Source of the DNA: Cyanophora paradoxa CCMP329
Taxonomy: Eukaryota > Plantae > Glaucophyta
Assembly (NCBI GenBank): GCA_004431415.1
Contig: QPMI01000643.1
Coordinates: 93,496 to 157,495 of the forward strand
DNA: 64,000 bases
Direction: 5' to 3'
The position numbers were made by a program, and so were the translations under genes. The notes beneath the pieces were generated by a model that was not told the origin of the DNA, ran no database searches, and worked only from the letters and a program-made list of their open reading frames with translations. Each line of letters begins with the position of its first letter. Position 1 is the stretch's first letter. Below are positions 44,885-55,369 of this stretch, piece by piece.

Positions 44885-47800
44885 ATGAGCTTCAATTACC
44901 CACCAAATCTAGAAACCATTCAAGAGGATAATGCAAGCAGCACCAAGCATGTGAACTTTGATAATATTAAAGTAAAGGGTTCAGTTTCAATTGACCACAG
45001 CTCTGATAATTCATCAAAGACTCAATCAAGGGAGCATGCTTTATCTGTGAATCAAACCGATCCAGATAAAGAGGAGGTCAGTGTTGCTTTTAGTTTGGGT
45101 AATGTGAAAGCAAACCAAGTGGCAGAGATCAAAGCAACAAGAAGGAGACCTAGGAAACTAAAAACCAGTGGCACTCACCCAGATATACCTTCCAGGTTCG
45201 ATAGTGGTCGATTGATTTTCAATGTTCAAGATGAGCAGGGCAAACAGAACACAGCTTTGCGAATTTACAATGAGGGCAGCACTGCAAAAGCTGAGGTCCC
45301 CCAAGTATTGCAAGTGGGTCCCATTGCCAACACAAATCAGGTCTCCTACACAAATGATGTATACCCCAAGGATATTACATATGACTTTGCGAGGAATGAG
45401 CCTTTTGGGTTTTTTACTCCAAAAGATGTCCATCAAAAAAAGCCATCAATTACAATCAACAGTAGCCCCAGTCAGCCAGTAGCAATCCATTTACACCCTG
45501 ATTTAGTCGAAATGGATAGGCACCTTTTGCCTTTGTATAGCAATGTGAAAGACCTTGGAATTCGAACCAGGCAATGGCGAAATATCCATGGCAGCAATGT
45601 GTATGCAAATGGAGAGAAGCTTGTAAGTGAGAAGACCATAAGAGAGATCTTTGAGTATTATGGACCTGTCCCAGTTCCCTTCCCTCTTCCATGGGATCCA
45701 CCGGATTTAACACCGAAAAAGCAACCAGGCAGAGAGTACACAGCAGATGAGACAGTTCCTTTTGGGCAACACATTGTTAGTTGGGAGCAAGTTCGCAATA
45801 AACCTATCTTCGAACCGAAAAAGCAAATAGATGAGCAGTATTTACCTCCTGAAGTCGATATATTAGAGCTTGATGAATATCAATTCGTTCCAGATGAGGA
45901 AGAGTATTTACCAGATGGTTTTGACCCACAAGAGTATGAATATGATCAATATGACCCAAATGAGGAGGAAATATTACCAGATGGCTTAGATCCACAAGAG
46001 TATGAGTATGAGCAGAACTATGAACCTGATGAGGAGTATTTACCAGATGGTCATGATCCACCAGCTGTTGACTATGAGCAACCTTATGAACCCCATGAGG
46101 AATTATTACCAGAAGGTTTGCAGCCTGAGGTTTTTGAGATCTTCCCTGACTGGGAGCAGATTAACAATAAACCTGCAAGGTATCCACCAGAGGACCACAA
46201 TCATGATTGGGATGAGATCTTAGGCAAACCTCAAAAGTATCCACCAGAGGATCACAGGCATGATTGGGGTGATATTGATGGAATACCAGAAGAATTTCCA
46301 CCAAGCAAACATGAACACACTTGGGATGAGATTAATGACCAACCAGAGTTCGCAAAAGTGGAGCCTTTGGCAACCCTAGGGGTTTCTCTTTACCAGACTT
46401 GCAATGTCCCTGAAAGGATCTTTTTGAATGAACACTATGTACATGTGAATGGGACACTTGCGAATTCAGCTATGAGAGGACCACTTCATATTAGGACATT
46501 ACCAGGCTCTTATGAAACCCCACCTGAACCAGGAGCAACCATACCAAATATCTTTGTGTCAAGCTACATGGAGGCTGACATACCCACAGATACTTTTAGA
46601 GTCCCAACAGACCCAGCAACCTACCAAAATTACAACTCTGCTATACAGGTTCATGTAGCAGATGTAAGCAGTTTAGATGGCTCAAGACCAATGATAGTTT
46701 TCAGTCGAGATAAGTATTCCTACATTCCCATAGTGGGAACTGCAAATGATAACTATGGGAGGGCAGAGCTTGCATGGATTAAAACAGATTATGGTGGGGT
46801 TCTGGAAGCCAATCAGAGGATGGCTGCAAAAAACATACACAACGAGAATATATCAAGAGTGGTCACAGAGGATTACCTTACTGCTGTAATACTTGTAAAT
46901 TTCGTAACTCTTGCTATGCTTGGAGATTATGTAACAAAACCTGAACTTGCAGATGAATTATCAAAATATCTTCCGCTTGTTGGTGGGACAATCACAGGAG
47001 ACCTTACGGTTAATAGTAATATTTACAGTAGCAATATAGAGACCAGCAACCTGAGAGTGAATGGAATTCTTACAGTTGGTTCAGGCAATTTTAATACCAT
47101 GAATCAACTTTACAGGGAATGGTATTCTATTACAGCAAGTAATGATCCCGCTTCAAATATTCCGAATTGTCTTTTTGCTTGGAAAGCATCAGGGGTTCAT
47201 GGTCAAAATGCAGCATCAACAATTCTTTACAATAGGGTCTCCTCAATCGTTCCATCTATAACTGTGAGTTCCACAGGAAGTCCCTACTACTCATCCAATA
47301 TCGCTATAAATAATCAGATGACTTTAACAAGCGATTCAGGGAACTACTCAGCAAACTCAACGATGACAAGAACGATTGATTGGTCACAAGGTTTGACATT
47401 CTTCTATATTGGAAGATATCATTTAACACAAACAGGTGCTTCTCATACACATTTGAGTGTGCTAAAAACAACATCACCAACGCGATTAGCCTACTATGGA
47501 GCAAATAATTCAACAAGATTAGGGACAACTACTTTCGCTATAAATGGTGTAACACAACCTCCAATTGCTGTCACAGTTCCCTCTTTGGTAAATAAATGGT
47601 ATTACTCAGACCAAACAATAACTTCTACAAGCTACACAGTGGGGCTAAATGGTGTCGATGTGGGAACTCTCACAGGAATTAATAATTATTTACCTGATTC
47701 CACTATAAACAATTTTGGATTTGGAACAATATTTGCGGGAAGCATTGCTGAGATTATTGTATTCAACAGAGCATTAACCACAGCAGAAAAACAACAAGTA

Positions 47801-50800
47801 AGGTATTACATCCAACAAATGTATGGATTCCCCAATACTCAACCTCTGACCATTTACAGAGGTTTAAAGATCACATCACCCGATACAGTGATCGATTATC
47901 TCACTGTAACAAGTAATGCTAATCTTCCTCATCATCCAACATCGAATGTGGTTCAAGGTTGGATACAAAACCACACACACACCAAAGATCAGATCACAGA
48001 TTTCGCCCATACTCACACCAAAGATCAGATCACAGATTTCGCCCATACTCACACAAAAGATCAAATAACAGATTTCGCCCACACACACACAAAAGATCAA
48101 ATTACAGATTTTGCCCATACTCACACCAAAGATCAGATCACAGATTTCGCCCATACTCACACCAAAGATCAGATCACAGATTTCGCCCATACTCACACCA
48201 AAGATCAGATCACAGATTTCGCCCATACTCACACAAAAGATCAAATAACAGATTTCGCCCACACACACACAAAAGATCAAATTACAGATTTTGCCCATAC
48301 TCACACCAAAGATCAGATCACAGATTTTGCCCATACTCACACCAAAGATCAGATCACAGATTTCGCCCATACTCACACCAAAGATCAGATCACAGATTTC
48401 GCCCACACACACACAAAAGATCAAATTACAGATTTTGCCCATACTCACACCAAAGATCAGATCACAGATTTTGCCCATACTCACACCAAAGATCAGATCA
48501 CAGATTTTGCCCATACTCATTTATGGGAGCATATCACAAATCCTCCGTTAACCTTTCCACCAGATTCACACACTCATGATTATTCCGAAATCACAAACTC
48601 TAACCACAAACACCCATGGAGTGAAATAGATGAAAAACCACGTTTTGCATCAACAGGTGATTTAGTAAATGGTGACGGATTTTATGGGGTTAGTTTCTAT
48701 CAGAGTGACACCATTCCTGAAAGATTACAATTAAGTGAATACTATTTGCACCGAAAAGGAATAGACGCAGGCACCACAATGGATGGCGAATTATACATTA
48801 AACAACCTTCAAGATCTCAAATGGTTTCAGCAGGTGGGGTGGGAGTTATAGATACTAAACCAGGTCTGTTTTTGACAAGTTATTATAATGAAGATATCCC
48901 ATTAACAGCAGGTTTACCTCCACTTCCATTAGATCCAGTGAGTTATGATGATAAAGACGCCATCTTACAAGTAAACGTTACAGATGTAAGCGCAACCGAT
49001 GGATCAAGACCGAAAATAATATTTAGTCGCTCGAAATTCAATTACGCACCACTTGTGGGACAACCAAAAGATGATTTCGGGAAATGTGAGATGGCGTGGA
49101 TCAAAACATTAGCAGGTGGCGCCTTAGAAGTCAATCAGAGAATGGCGGCAAAAAATTTACACAATGAGACCCTTTCAGGTGTTGTCACAGATGATTACCT
49201 TGAAAGCAAAAATTATGTAGACGATACAGAACTTGCAGCAGTTCTTGAAGATTATGTGACAAAATCAGAACTTGATGTATATGTGACTGAACCTGAACTT
49301 AATGTAGCATTATCTAATTATCTTCCTCTCACAGGTGGAACCATCACCAGCAACTTGGTTGTGACAAGCAACCTAACAGTTGGAGGGAAAATTCAAATGG
49401 GAACCGGAAGCTATTTAGAATCTTATAGTGAAAATTTTTATCGAATCACTTCCAATTTTGATCCAGCTTCTAATATTCCCAATTGTATTTTTGCATGGAA
49501 AGCATCAGGGGTTCATGGTCAAAATGCAGCATCAACAATTCTTTACAATAGGGTCTCCTCAATCGTTCCATCTATAACTGTCAGTTCCACAGGAAGTCCC
49601 TACTACTCATCCAATATCGCTATAAATAATCAGATGACTTTAACAAGTGATTCAGGGAACTACTCAGCAAACTCAACGATGACAAGAACGATTGATTGGT
49701 CACAAGGTTTGACATTCTTCTATATTGGAAGATATCATTTAACACAAACAGGTGCTTCTCATACACATTTGCGTGTGCTAAAAACAACATCACCAACGCG
49801 ATTTGCCTACTATGGAGCAAATAATTCAACAAGATTAGGGACAACTACTTTCGCTATAAATGATGTAACACAACCTCCAATTGCTGTCACAGTTCCCTCT
49901 TTGCTAAATAAATGGTATTACTCAGACCAAACAATAACTTCTGATAGCTACACAGTGGGGCTAAATGGTGTCGATGTGGGAACTCTCACAGGAATTAATA
50001 ATTATTTACCTGATTCCACTATAAACGATTTTGGATTTGGAACAATATTTGCGGGAAGCATTGCTGAGATTATTGTATTCAACAGAGCATTAACCACAGC
50101 AGAAAAACAAAAAGTAAGGTATTACATCCAACAAATGTATGGATTCCCCAATACTCAACCAATCTTAACTCGGGAAATTCTGAATATTATCGGCAAAGAC
50201 AGATTAACACTTAGCAATTTGGAGATACCCACACACACTCACACAAAATCACAAATAACAGATTTTGCCCACACACATTCCCGATTAGAGATACCCGATT
50301 TTGCACACGTTCACACAAAAGATGAGATTTCAGATTTTGACCACACACACACATGGAATAGTATAACAGATAAGCCTGTAACATTCACACCTTCACCACA
50401 TCTACATTTATGGAGCCATATTACGGATAGACCCACCTTAGCAGCAGTTGCGACAAGCGGAAATTATGATGATTTAATTAATAAACCAACATATACAGCA
50501 CCCACAAATTTCGATGCTACAAGTGGTATTTCCACAGACCGCACAGGTGATTGGAGATTTTTTACATTCATATCTCCTTACTCAGGAGCAAACACATGGG
50601 CTTCTGGTGATGAAGATTGTAGTGGCTACAAGATGTTATGGACTGTCCCCGCGGGAATGAAGACATGCTATATCTTCTATGTGTGTCAATACAATAGTAG
50701 ATACTTTGATGTTGTGGGAGTTTATCCATCAACAAATTCTTATACACTTTCGAGAGTAAATGCTTATTCTCCTGGTAGTGACCCAAGTGTAGAGTATAGG

Positions 50801-51631
50801 CAATATGTCGGGGTAAATTGTGAAGGGCTGAGTAAAGTTGGTGTTCAAGGGCGAATTGGAAGGATTTACCTTGTGGGTCTTGTTGGTTGGAGTAAAAATC
50901 CTGCTGTATCATCACACAGTGGCTTCTTGCATTGGGATAACATTTACGGGAAACCAACAGCTTCCACAACTGTCGGACCTCACTCTCACACTAAATCAGA
51001 TATCACCGATTTTGCACATACTCACACAAAGGCAAATATAACAGATTTCGCCCATACTCACACGAAATCGGAAATCACAGATTTCCCAACCTTAGACCCA
51101 TTTGTAGCAAATACGATCACAGCAAATAATACCATGTATGTGGGATCCGGTCAAATTTACCAACCAGACTCTCCTTTATTCTACGAACAGTGGTTCTTCC
51201 ACAATTCCGCGAACATATACGATAAAACACTATTATGTCGGGGAAATGCTTACGCAAGAGCATATTATGCAATGGATGAAACAGATAATGGTAAGATTGC
51301 GAAACTTGTTTCAGAACAACGGGTCAATAAGGATCAGTATATACAGACAGGGAGTTTTTCAAAATCCTTAGCAATCACAGGTCCGGGTCATTGGGGATTT
51401 CCACAAGTTGTCACATTCCCAAAAGCGTTTGCAGAAGCCCCAGCAGTCGTTCTCAATTTAAGAGATGGGTATAATGGTGGTTCATATGTATTGGTATATG
51501 GTGTCACAAGTTCCACAACAACAACATTTACTATTTATGCAACAATTTCGGCAAATAGAGAATACAATGAAAGCATTGGACTTTTCCACTATCAAATGAC
51601 TTATATTGCAACAGGGAAGATGGTAGCATAG
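44885..51631 (+). CDS. 2248-aa fibre/adhesin with His-x-His repeats, two LamG-like domains and a C-terminal lectin-like domain
   Basis: AHTHTKDQITDF repeats, YLPLxGGTITG shaft motifs, GSIAEIIVFNRALT twice, VTFPKAFAEAPAVV. Confidence 0.8.
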   Translation: MSFNYPPNLETIQEDNASSTKHVNFDNIKVKGSVSIDHSSDNSSKTQSREHALSVNQTDPDKEEVSVAFSLGNVKANQVAEIKATRRRPRKLKTSGTHPDIPSRFDSGRLIFNVQDEQGKQNTALRIYNEGSTAKAEVPQVLQVGPIANTNQVSYTNDVYPKDITYDFARNEPFGFFTPKDVHQKKPSITINSSPSQPVAIHLHPDLVEMDRHLLPLYSNVKDLGIRTRQWRNIHGSNVYANGEKLVSEKTIREIFEYYGPVPVPFPLPWDPPDLTPKKQPGREYTADETVPFGQHIVSWEQVRNKPIFEPKKQIDEQYLPPEVDILELDEYQFVPDEEEYLPDGFDPQEYEYDQYDPNEEEILPDGLDPQEYEYEQNYEPDEEYLPDGHDPPAVDYEQPYEPHEELLPEGLQPEVFEIFPDWEQINNKPARYPPEDHNHDWDEILGKPQKYPPEDHRHDWGDIDGIPEEFPPSKHEHTWDEINDQPEFAKVEPLATLGVSLYQTCNVPERIFLNEHYVHVNGTLANSAMRGPLHIRTLPGSYETPPEPGATIPNIFVSSYMEADIPTDTFRVPTDPATYQNYNSAIQVHVADVSSLDGSRPMIVFSRDKYSYIPIVGTANDNYGRAELAWIKTDYGGVLEANQRMAAKNIHNENISRVVTEDYLTAVILVNFVTLAMLGDYVTKPELADELSKYLPLVGGTITGDLTVNSNIYSSNIETSNLRVNGILTVGSGNFNTMNQLYREWYSITASNDPASNIPNCLFAWKASGVHGQNAASTILYNRVSSIVPSITVSSTGSPYYSSNIAINNQMTLTSDSGNYSANSTMTRTIDWSQGLTFFYIGRYHLTQTGASHTHLSVLKTTSPTRLAYYGANNSTRLGTTTFAINGVTQPPIAVTVPSLVNKWYYSDQTITSTSYTVGLNGVDVGTLTGINNYLPDSTINNFGFGTIFAGSIAEIIVFNRALTTAEKQQVRYYIQQMYGFPNTQPLTIYRGLKITSPDTVIDYLTVTSNANLPHHPTSNVVQGWIQNHTHTKDQITDFAHTHTKDQITDFAHTHTKDQITDFAHTHTKDQITDFAHTHTKDQITDFAHTHTKDQITDFAHTHTKDQITDFAHTHTKDQITDFAHTHTKDQITDFAHTHTKDQITDFAHTHTKDQITDFAHTHTKDQITDFAHTHTKDQITDFAHTHTKDQITDFAHTHTKDQITDFAHTHLWEHITNPPLTFPPDSHTHDYSEITNSNHKHPWSEIDEKPRFASTGDLVNGDGFYGVSFYQSDTIPERLQLSEYYLHRKGIDAGTTMDGELYIKQPSRSQMVSAGGVGVIDTKPGLFLTSYYNEDIPLTAGLPPLPLDPVSYDDKDAILQVNVTDVSATDGSRPKIIFSRSKFNYAPLVGQPKDDFGKCEMAWIKTLAGGALEVNQRMAAKNLHNETLSGVVTDDYLESKNYVDDTELAAVLEDYVTKSELDVYVTEPELNVALSNYLPLTGGTITSNLVVTSNLTVGGKIQMGTGSYLESYSENFYRITSNFDPASNIPNCIFAWKASGVHGQNAASTILYNRVSSIVPSITVSSTGSPYYSSNIAINNQMTLTSDSGNYSANSTMTRTIDWSQGLTFFYIGRYHLTQTGASHTHLRVLKTTSPTRFAYYGANNSTRLGTTTFAINDVTQPPIAVTVPSLLNKWYYSDQTITSDSYTVGLNGVDVGTLTGINNYLPDSTINDFGFGTIFAGSIAEIIVFNRALTTAEKQKVRYYIQQMYGFPNTQPILTREILNIIGKDRLTLSNLEIPTHTHTKSQITDFAHTHSRLEIPDFAHVHTKDEISDFDHTHTWNSITDKPVTFTPSPHLHLWSHITDRPTLAAVATSGNYDDLINKPTYTAPTNFDATSGISTDRTGDWRFFTFISPYSGANTWASGDEDCSGYKMLWTVPAGMKTCYIFYVCQYNSRYFDVVGVYPSTNSYTLSRVNAYSPGSDPSVEYRQYVGVNCEGLSKVGVQGRIGRIYLVGLVGWSKNPAVSSHSGFLHWDNIYGKPTASTTVGPHSHTKSDITDFAHTHTKANITDFAHTHTKSEITDFPTLDPFVANTITANNTMYVGSGQIYQPDSPLFYEQWFFHNSANIYDKTLLCRGNAYARAYYAMDETDNGKIAKLVSEQRVNKDQYIQTGSFSKSLAITGPGHWGFPQVVTFPKAFAEAPAVVLNLRDGYNGGSYVLVYGVTSSTTTTFTIYATISANREYNESIGLFHYQMTYIATGKMVA
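47972..48520 (+). repeat. 36-bp coding tandem repeat, about 15 copies (AHTHTKDQITDF)
   Basis: Direct reading; synonymous variants recur in a higher-order pattern. Confidence 0.95.
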
Positions 51632-51671
51632 ATATTCGTTTATTTTTCTATCCTTCTTAGTAAAAGAAGCA

Positions 51672-52517
51672 ATGGGTGAATATAATCGAGTTCAACTGCC
51701 TATATATTCCCTTGGATCCCCTGCAATGCATTTTCGCCAGCATGAAGTAAATGATGAGGTTCGTGGTTTAGAATCCACAGAGAGACCCAATTCCAATGGC
51801 AACTCCTTTGATAAAAATTCGATTATTCGAGTTAAAGAGCTGAGAGCTGATAAGAATTCTGGTGTGGTTAAAACAACTCGACTTCTTGTCACCAATGCTA
51901 ACTTCTTCCAGCCTACAAATGGAGGTCCTGATGCTTACAGTGTTGCCCTGAAAACCCTAGATTTCGACAAGAATACTGCTGCTGTTACTGTGAGATCAGG
52001 AGGAGCATTTATTGGGGGTGGTTGCAGAGTGTCAGGTCAACTCTCATCCTCCATTTCGTATAATGATGTCCCAGATACTCTAGAGCAAAATGTGGAAGAC
52101 CCCCAACGAATTCGATTATATACTCCTGTCGCACAGCAGCCATTAATTCAATTTTACATTGGATATACTGTTACTCTTGAAAACTCGGAATTAATTGAAG
52201 GAACCAAAAGAGTACTGAGAGGTCTTGCGATTCCATCTGCAATGCTTTCCCTTTGTAGAGCCAACAACAATCAAGTAGGTCATAAATACTATTTCAATGT
52301 TCAGGGATATAATCATTTCGGTTATGGCTACTGTGTTTATAATAATAATTTCACCTTTGACTTGTTTGTTACAGATATTGGGTTATATACTATAACTCTT
52401 ATCGGTTTGAGAACAGATATAGCCGCTGTATCAGCTCTTAGAGGTGTAACTCCTGATACTCTTTCAGTTACAGGGTTTTACATGGAGCCAGATGTAATTG
52501 ATGACCCAACCCCATAA
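51672..52517 (+). CDS. Hypothetical virion/fibre-associated protein, paralogue 1
   Basis: Shares GL.STE...ELR.DKN.G.VKTT.LLVTNANF...SGGA.IG.G.RV.G with the next ORF. Confidence 0.7.
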   Translation: MGEYNRVQLPIYSLGSPAMHFRQHEVNDEVRGLESTERPNSNGNSFDKNSIIRVKELRADKNSGVVKTTRLLVTNANFFQPTNGGPDAYSVALKTLDFDKNTAAVTVRSGGAFIGGGCRVSGQLSSSISYNDVPDTLEQNVEDPQRIRLYTPVAQQPLIQFYIGYTVTLENSELIEGTKRVLRGLAIPSAMLSLCRANNNQVGHKYYFNVQGYNHFGYGYCVYNNNFTFDLFVTDIGLYTITLIGLRTDIAAVSALRGVTPDTLSVTGFYMEPDVIDDPTP

Positions 52518-52540
52518 AAGATATATCCCTTTAATGTAAA

Positions 52541-53374
52541 ATGGCTGAGCAACCCCCACTTGAACGAATTATTACACCACAGCTATCATTAGCTGCCCCA
52601 GCAAACCATGTTCTGCAGCATGCTACTTTTGATGATGTGGAAGGTCTCCAATCCACAGAGGTCCAACCTACAATGAACACCTTTGGTTCCACCCACAAAC
52701 TGAGATTACAGGAACTCAGATGTGATAAAAATAATGGAATAGTTAAGACAACTAAGCTACTTGTCACAAATGCAAACTTTTCTGCTCATTATGGAGACCC
52801 AGATAGCTATGGAGATCCTCTGTCTACTTATTCTTTTGAATCTAGGTCGGGAGCTATTAACTGCAAATCGGGGGGAGCTTATATTGGTGATGGTCTTAGG
52901 GTTGGTGGGGCTGTTGGAGCGCCTTTATTTGTGAATGATCAACCCAATCCCATTGATCCTAACACCAGAATTCGAACCTATGTCCCCAGCATGAATGCCC
53001 CCTATATAATCAAAATATTCCCCATTGTGGTAAATGAACAGACAGCAGTTGTAGACTCTCTTGTTGAGATTGGTGACCACTACAAGGTTGTTGTGGATAT
53101 TCCACCAGATGTATATGCTGTATGTCAAGTGGAGGGTGGAACTCCTAATTTTGCAGTTGTGATCACCCCATATGATAATTTCGGAATTGCTTATCATGGA
53201 GTCAATTTTGGTTTGGAAGATTATCAGTTCCTGGTTAGAGCCACCAAGTTTGGTATCTACAAGTGTGTATTATATGCTGAGAGAACTGATTTTATTGCAA
53301 AGCAGAATACCTATGCTGAGTACTATGGCACTAATCGATATTTCCCCATTTTTGGGCAGGATACTGCTCCATAA
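52541..53374 (+). CDS. Hypothetical virion/fibre-associated protein, paralogue 2
   Basis: Tandem paralogue of 51672-52517. Confidence 0.7.
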   Translation: MAEQPPLERIITPQLSLAAPANHVLQHATFDDVEGLQSTEVQPTMNTFGSTHKLRLQELRCDKNNGIVKTTKLLVTNANFSAHYGDPDSYGDPLSTYSFESRSGAINCKSGGAYIGDGLRVGGAVGAPLFVNDQPNPIDPNTRIRTYVPSMNAPYIIKIFPIVVNEQTAVVDSLVEIGDHYKVVVDIPPDVYAVCQVEGGTPNFAVVITPYDNFGIAYHGVNFGLEDYQFLVRATKFGIYKCVLYAERTDFIAKQNTYAEYYGTNRYFPIFGQDTAP

Positions 53375-53396
53375 GAATATTGGTTATATATAGAGT

Positions 53397-53669
53397 ATGG
53401 ATAGTAAAACAAAAAAGTTTATTGATGCTGCTATGACAGTTCATGGTAAAGATAAATTCGATTACAGTGAGACACATTACATCAAAGCTCAAGAGAAAGT
53501 ATCTGTTAGATGTTTGCAGTGTAATAAGGTGATCCTTACCTATCCCTTTAATCATGTGAAGGGATCAGGTTGCAGGGAATGCAACAAAAAACATTCTCAG
53601 GCTTACAGGAAAAGGGCTTCTTCATCAATCACAGTGGAATATAGGGATGTTTGCATTAGGTTCGATTAG
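53397..53669 (+). CDS. DUF723-like zinc-finger protein
   Basis: FIDAAMTVHGKDKFDYS...Y...C..C...P.NHVKGSGCREC. Confidence 0.65.
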   Translation: MDSKTKKFIDAAMTVHGKDKFDYSETHYIKAQEKVSVRCLQCNKVILTYPFNHVKGSGCRECNKKHSQAYRKRASSSITVEYRDVCIRFD

Positions 53670-53698
53670 GTTTAATTAATTTTTATAAGGTATTCTTA

Positions 53699-54097
53699 AT
53701 GGAGACTCAATACAGAGGCTTTCATGTAATGCTTGATTACAAGGCTAAATCAGCTATTGCAACAGGACATGAGCATGTTAGCTTCCTAGGTAATTGGATT
53801 ATGGGAACCCTTGAACAAGCAATATTGAGACAAGGTATTAGGATTGTTCATAAACACTGTGAGATATTTGATGGCAAACTATCACCTCCTGGTTTTGCTT
53901 TGGTTCTGCTATTAGATGAAAGCCATTGTACAGCTCATTGTTATTCCAATGAAGGCATGTTAGCAATTGATATATTCAGTTGTGGTAAAGAAGCTCAGCA
54001 TAAAACACAATCAGTAGCAGATGAGATCGATAAAACAATGAATTTCTTAACATTTGAGAAGACTGAGAGACATAAACATGATAGATTCCCGTTTTGA
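53699..54097 (+). CDS. speD: S-adenosylmethionine decarboxylase proenzyme (short pyruvoyl-dependent type)
   Basis: GFHVMLD, PPGFALVLLLDESHCTAHCY..EGMLAIDIFSCG with the E-S autocleavage site. Confidence 0.85.
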   Translation: METQYRGFHVMLDYKAKSAIATGHEHVSFLGNWIMGTLEQAILRQGIRIVHKHCEIFDGKLSPPGFALVLLLDESHCTAHCYSNEGMLAIDIFSCGKEAQHKTQSVADEIDKTMNFLTFEKTERHKHDRFPF

Positions 54098-54147
54098 TGG
54101 GTTTCTATAATGAATTTCTAAAGGATTCCTTTGTTTTCTAACAATAA

Positions 54148-54212
54148 CATTGATAAGCTACTGTAACAAAAAGATATAATATATCCTTTCACTACAGTAG
54201 CTTTATACAATG
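54148..54212 (+). terminator. Hairpin downstream of the last rightward gene (candidate transcript 3' end signal)
   Basis: AAGCTACTGTA (54155-54165) pairs with TACAGTAGCTT (54193-54203), extendable to CATTG/CAATG. Confidence 0.4.
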
Positions 54213-54304
54213 ATTATTTTCCGGATTCCGGACATTTTTTACGATAGAATTCTATTGTAAGTAATTGGAATAATGTTCGATTTCATTACAGTAAAACTCA
54301 ACAT

Positions 54305-55369
54305 TCCCCTAGATTCCCCCTATTATATTATATTTATATTTAAGTGGACTCAAGGTTGACTCATATTAATCGTAAAAGTAGTAATAGTATATGGATTTTG
54401 TTACGAATTCAATGCAAGGGTTGACTAAGTGGGTTGAGTTGACTCAAATTTCACAGGAAATAACAATGAATCAGAGTATAAATGCATTTTTTGAATCAAC
54501 TACACCAACTAACACTGAGATTTTAACAATATATGAGGTCCTTACTGAATATGGTATGTGTCACAGGTGTCACAGGTTTATCCCAAAGTTTCTCCTATAA
54601 AGAGTAAATTTCCAAAAGTTTGGGATGGACCTGTGACACCTGTGACACTCGATTAAATCATTTATTCATTTAATTAGAAATACATAGATAAGATTATGAC
54701 TGAGTTTTTCATTATAAAAGAGGTCCTTACTGAATATGGTATGTGTCACAGGTGTCACAGGTTTATCCCAAAGTTTCTCCTATAAAGAGTGAATTTTCAA
54801 AAGTTTGGGATGGACCTGTGACACCTGTGACACCCAATTATTCATTAAATTCCTAAGGGTCCCCCCTTAGACTCATTAAAACATGATAATAACATATAAG
54901 TTTCATGTATAATTACGATTGGATTCAATAAGAGATCTATTTGTTAATATAAACAAATGAATCATTTATGGATCTTAATCGAGTTAAGCGATATGTTTCC
55001 GATTAAATGAATTAAATTTAAATAAATTTAATCGAGAAAGTACATGAATATAATATCGATTAAATCAATTAACTTTTAGACCAATCACACATAGTAAAAT
55101 GCGGAGTTTTAACCAGAGGCAAGATCTAATTGAGATTCAGTTATATTATTCGGAAATATATAGAGATTATCGATAGACTCAGTAAGACTAATCGGAAAAT
55201 AAGAGAAATTTACGATAAAATATCGAAAAGAATACAAAATAATCGAAATAATTGAATATTCGATAAGATACACACAGATTATCGATTGATTGAAATAGAA
55301 TATACGAGATATATCAACAAAATCAATTAAGATAAGCCGAGGGTTAAAACTCCGCATTTTACTATGTGT
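54305..55369 (-). repeat. Right terminal inverted repeat of element B
   Basis: Mirror of 26622-27686, followed by TSD TTCATA. Confidence 0.95.

Larger units (their letters stand above)
26622..55369. mobile_element. Complete endogenous Polinton-like virus/Maverick-type element B (28,748 bp)
   Basis: 1065-bp TIRs, TTCATA duplicated at 26616-26621 and 55370-55375, rve integrase, pPolB, ATPase, MCP, pentons. Confidence 0.95.

Noticed and set aside
47181-50160. Diversity-generating retroelement template/variable repeat pair
   Set aside because: Differences are not adenine-specific, both copies are in-frame coding, and the element has no DGR reverse transcriptase.
54220-54232. Two TCCGGA hexamers resembling a reported PLV promoter motif
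   Set aside because: No convincing downstream gene, and not repeated upstream of other genes.
26622-55369. Classification as a true virophage (Lavidaviridae)
   Set aside because: No maturation cysteine protease is visible and the MCP (~456 aa) is shorter than typical virophage MCPs; needs phylogeny.
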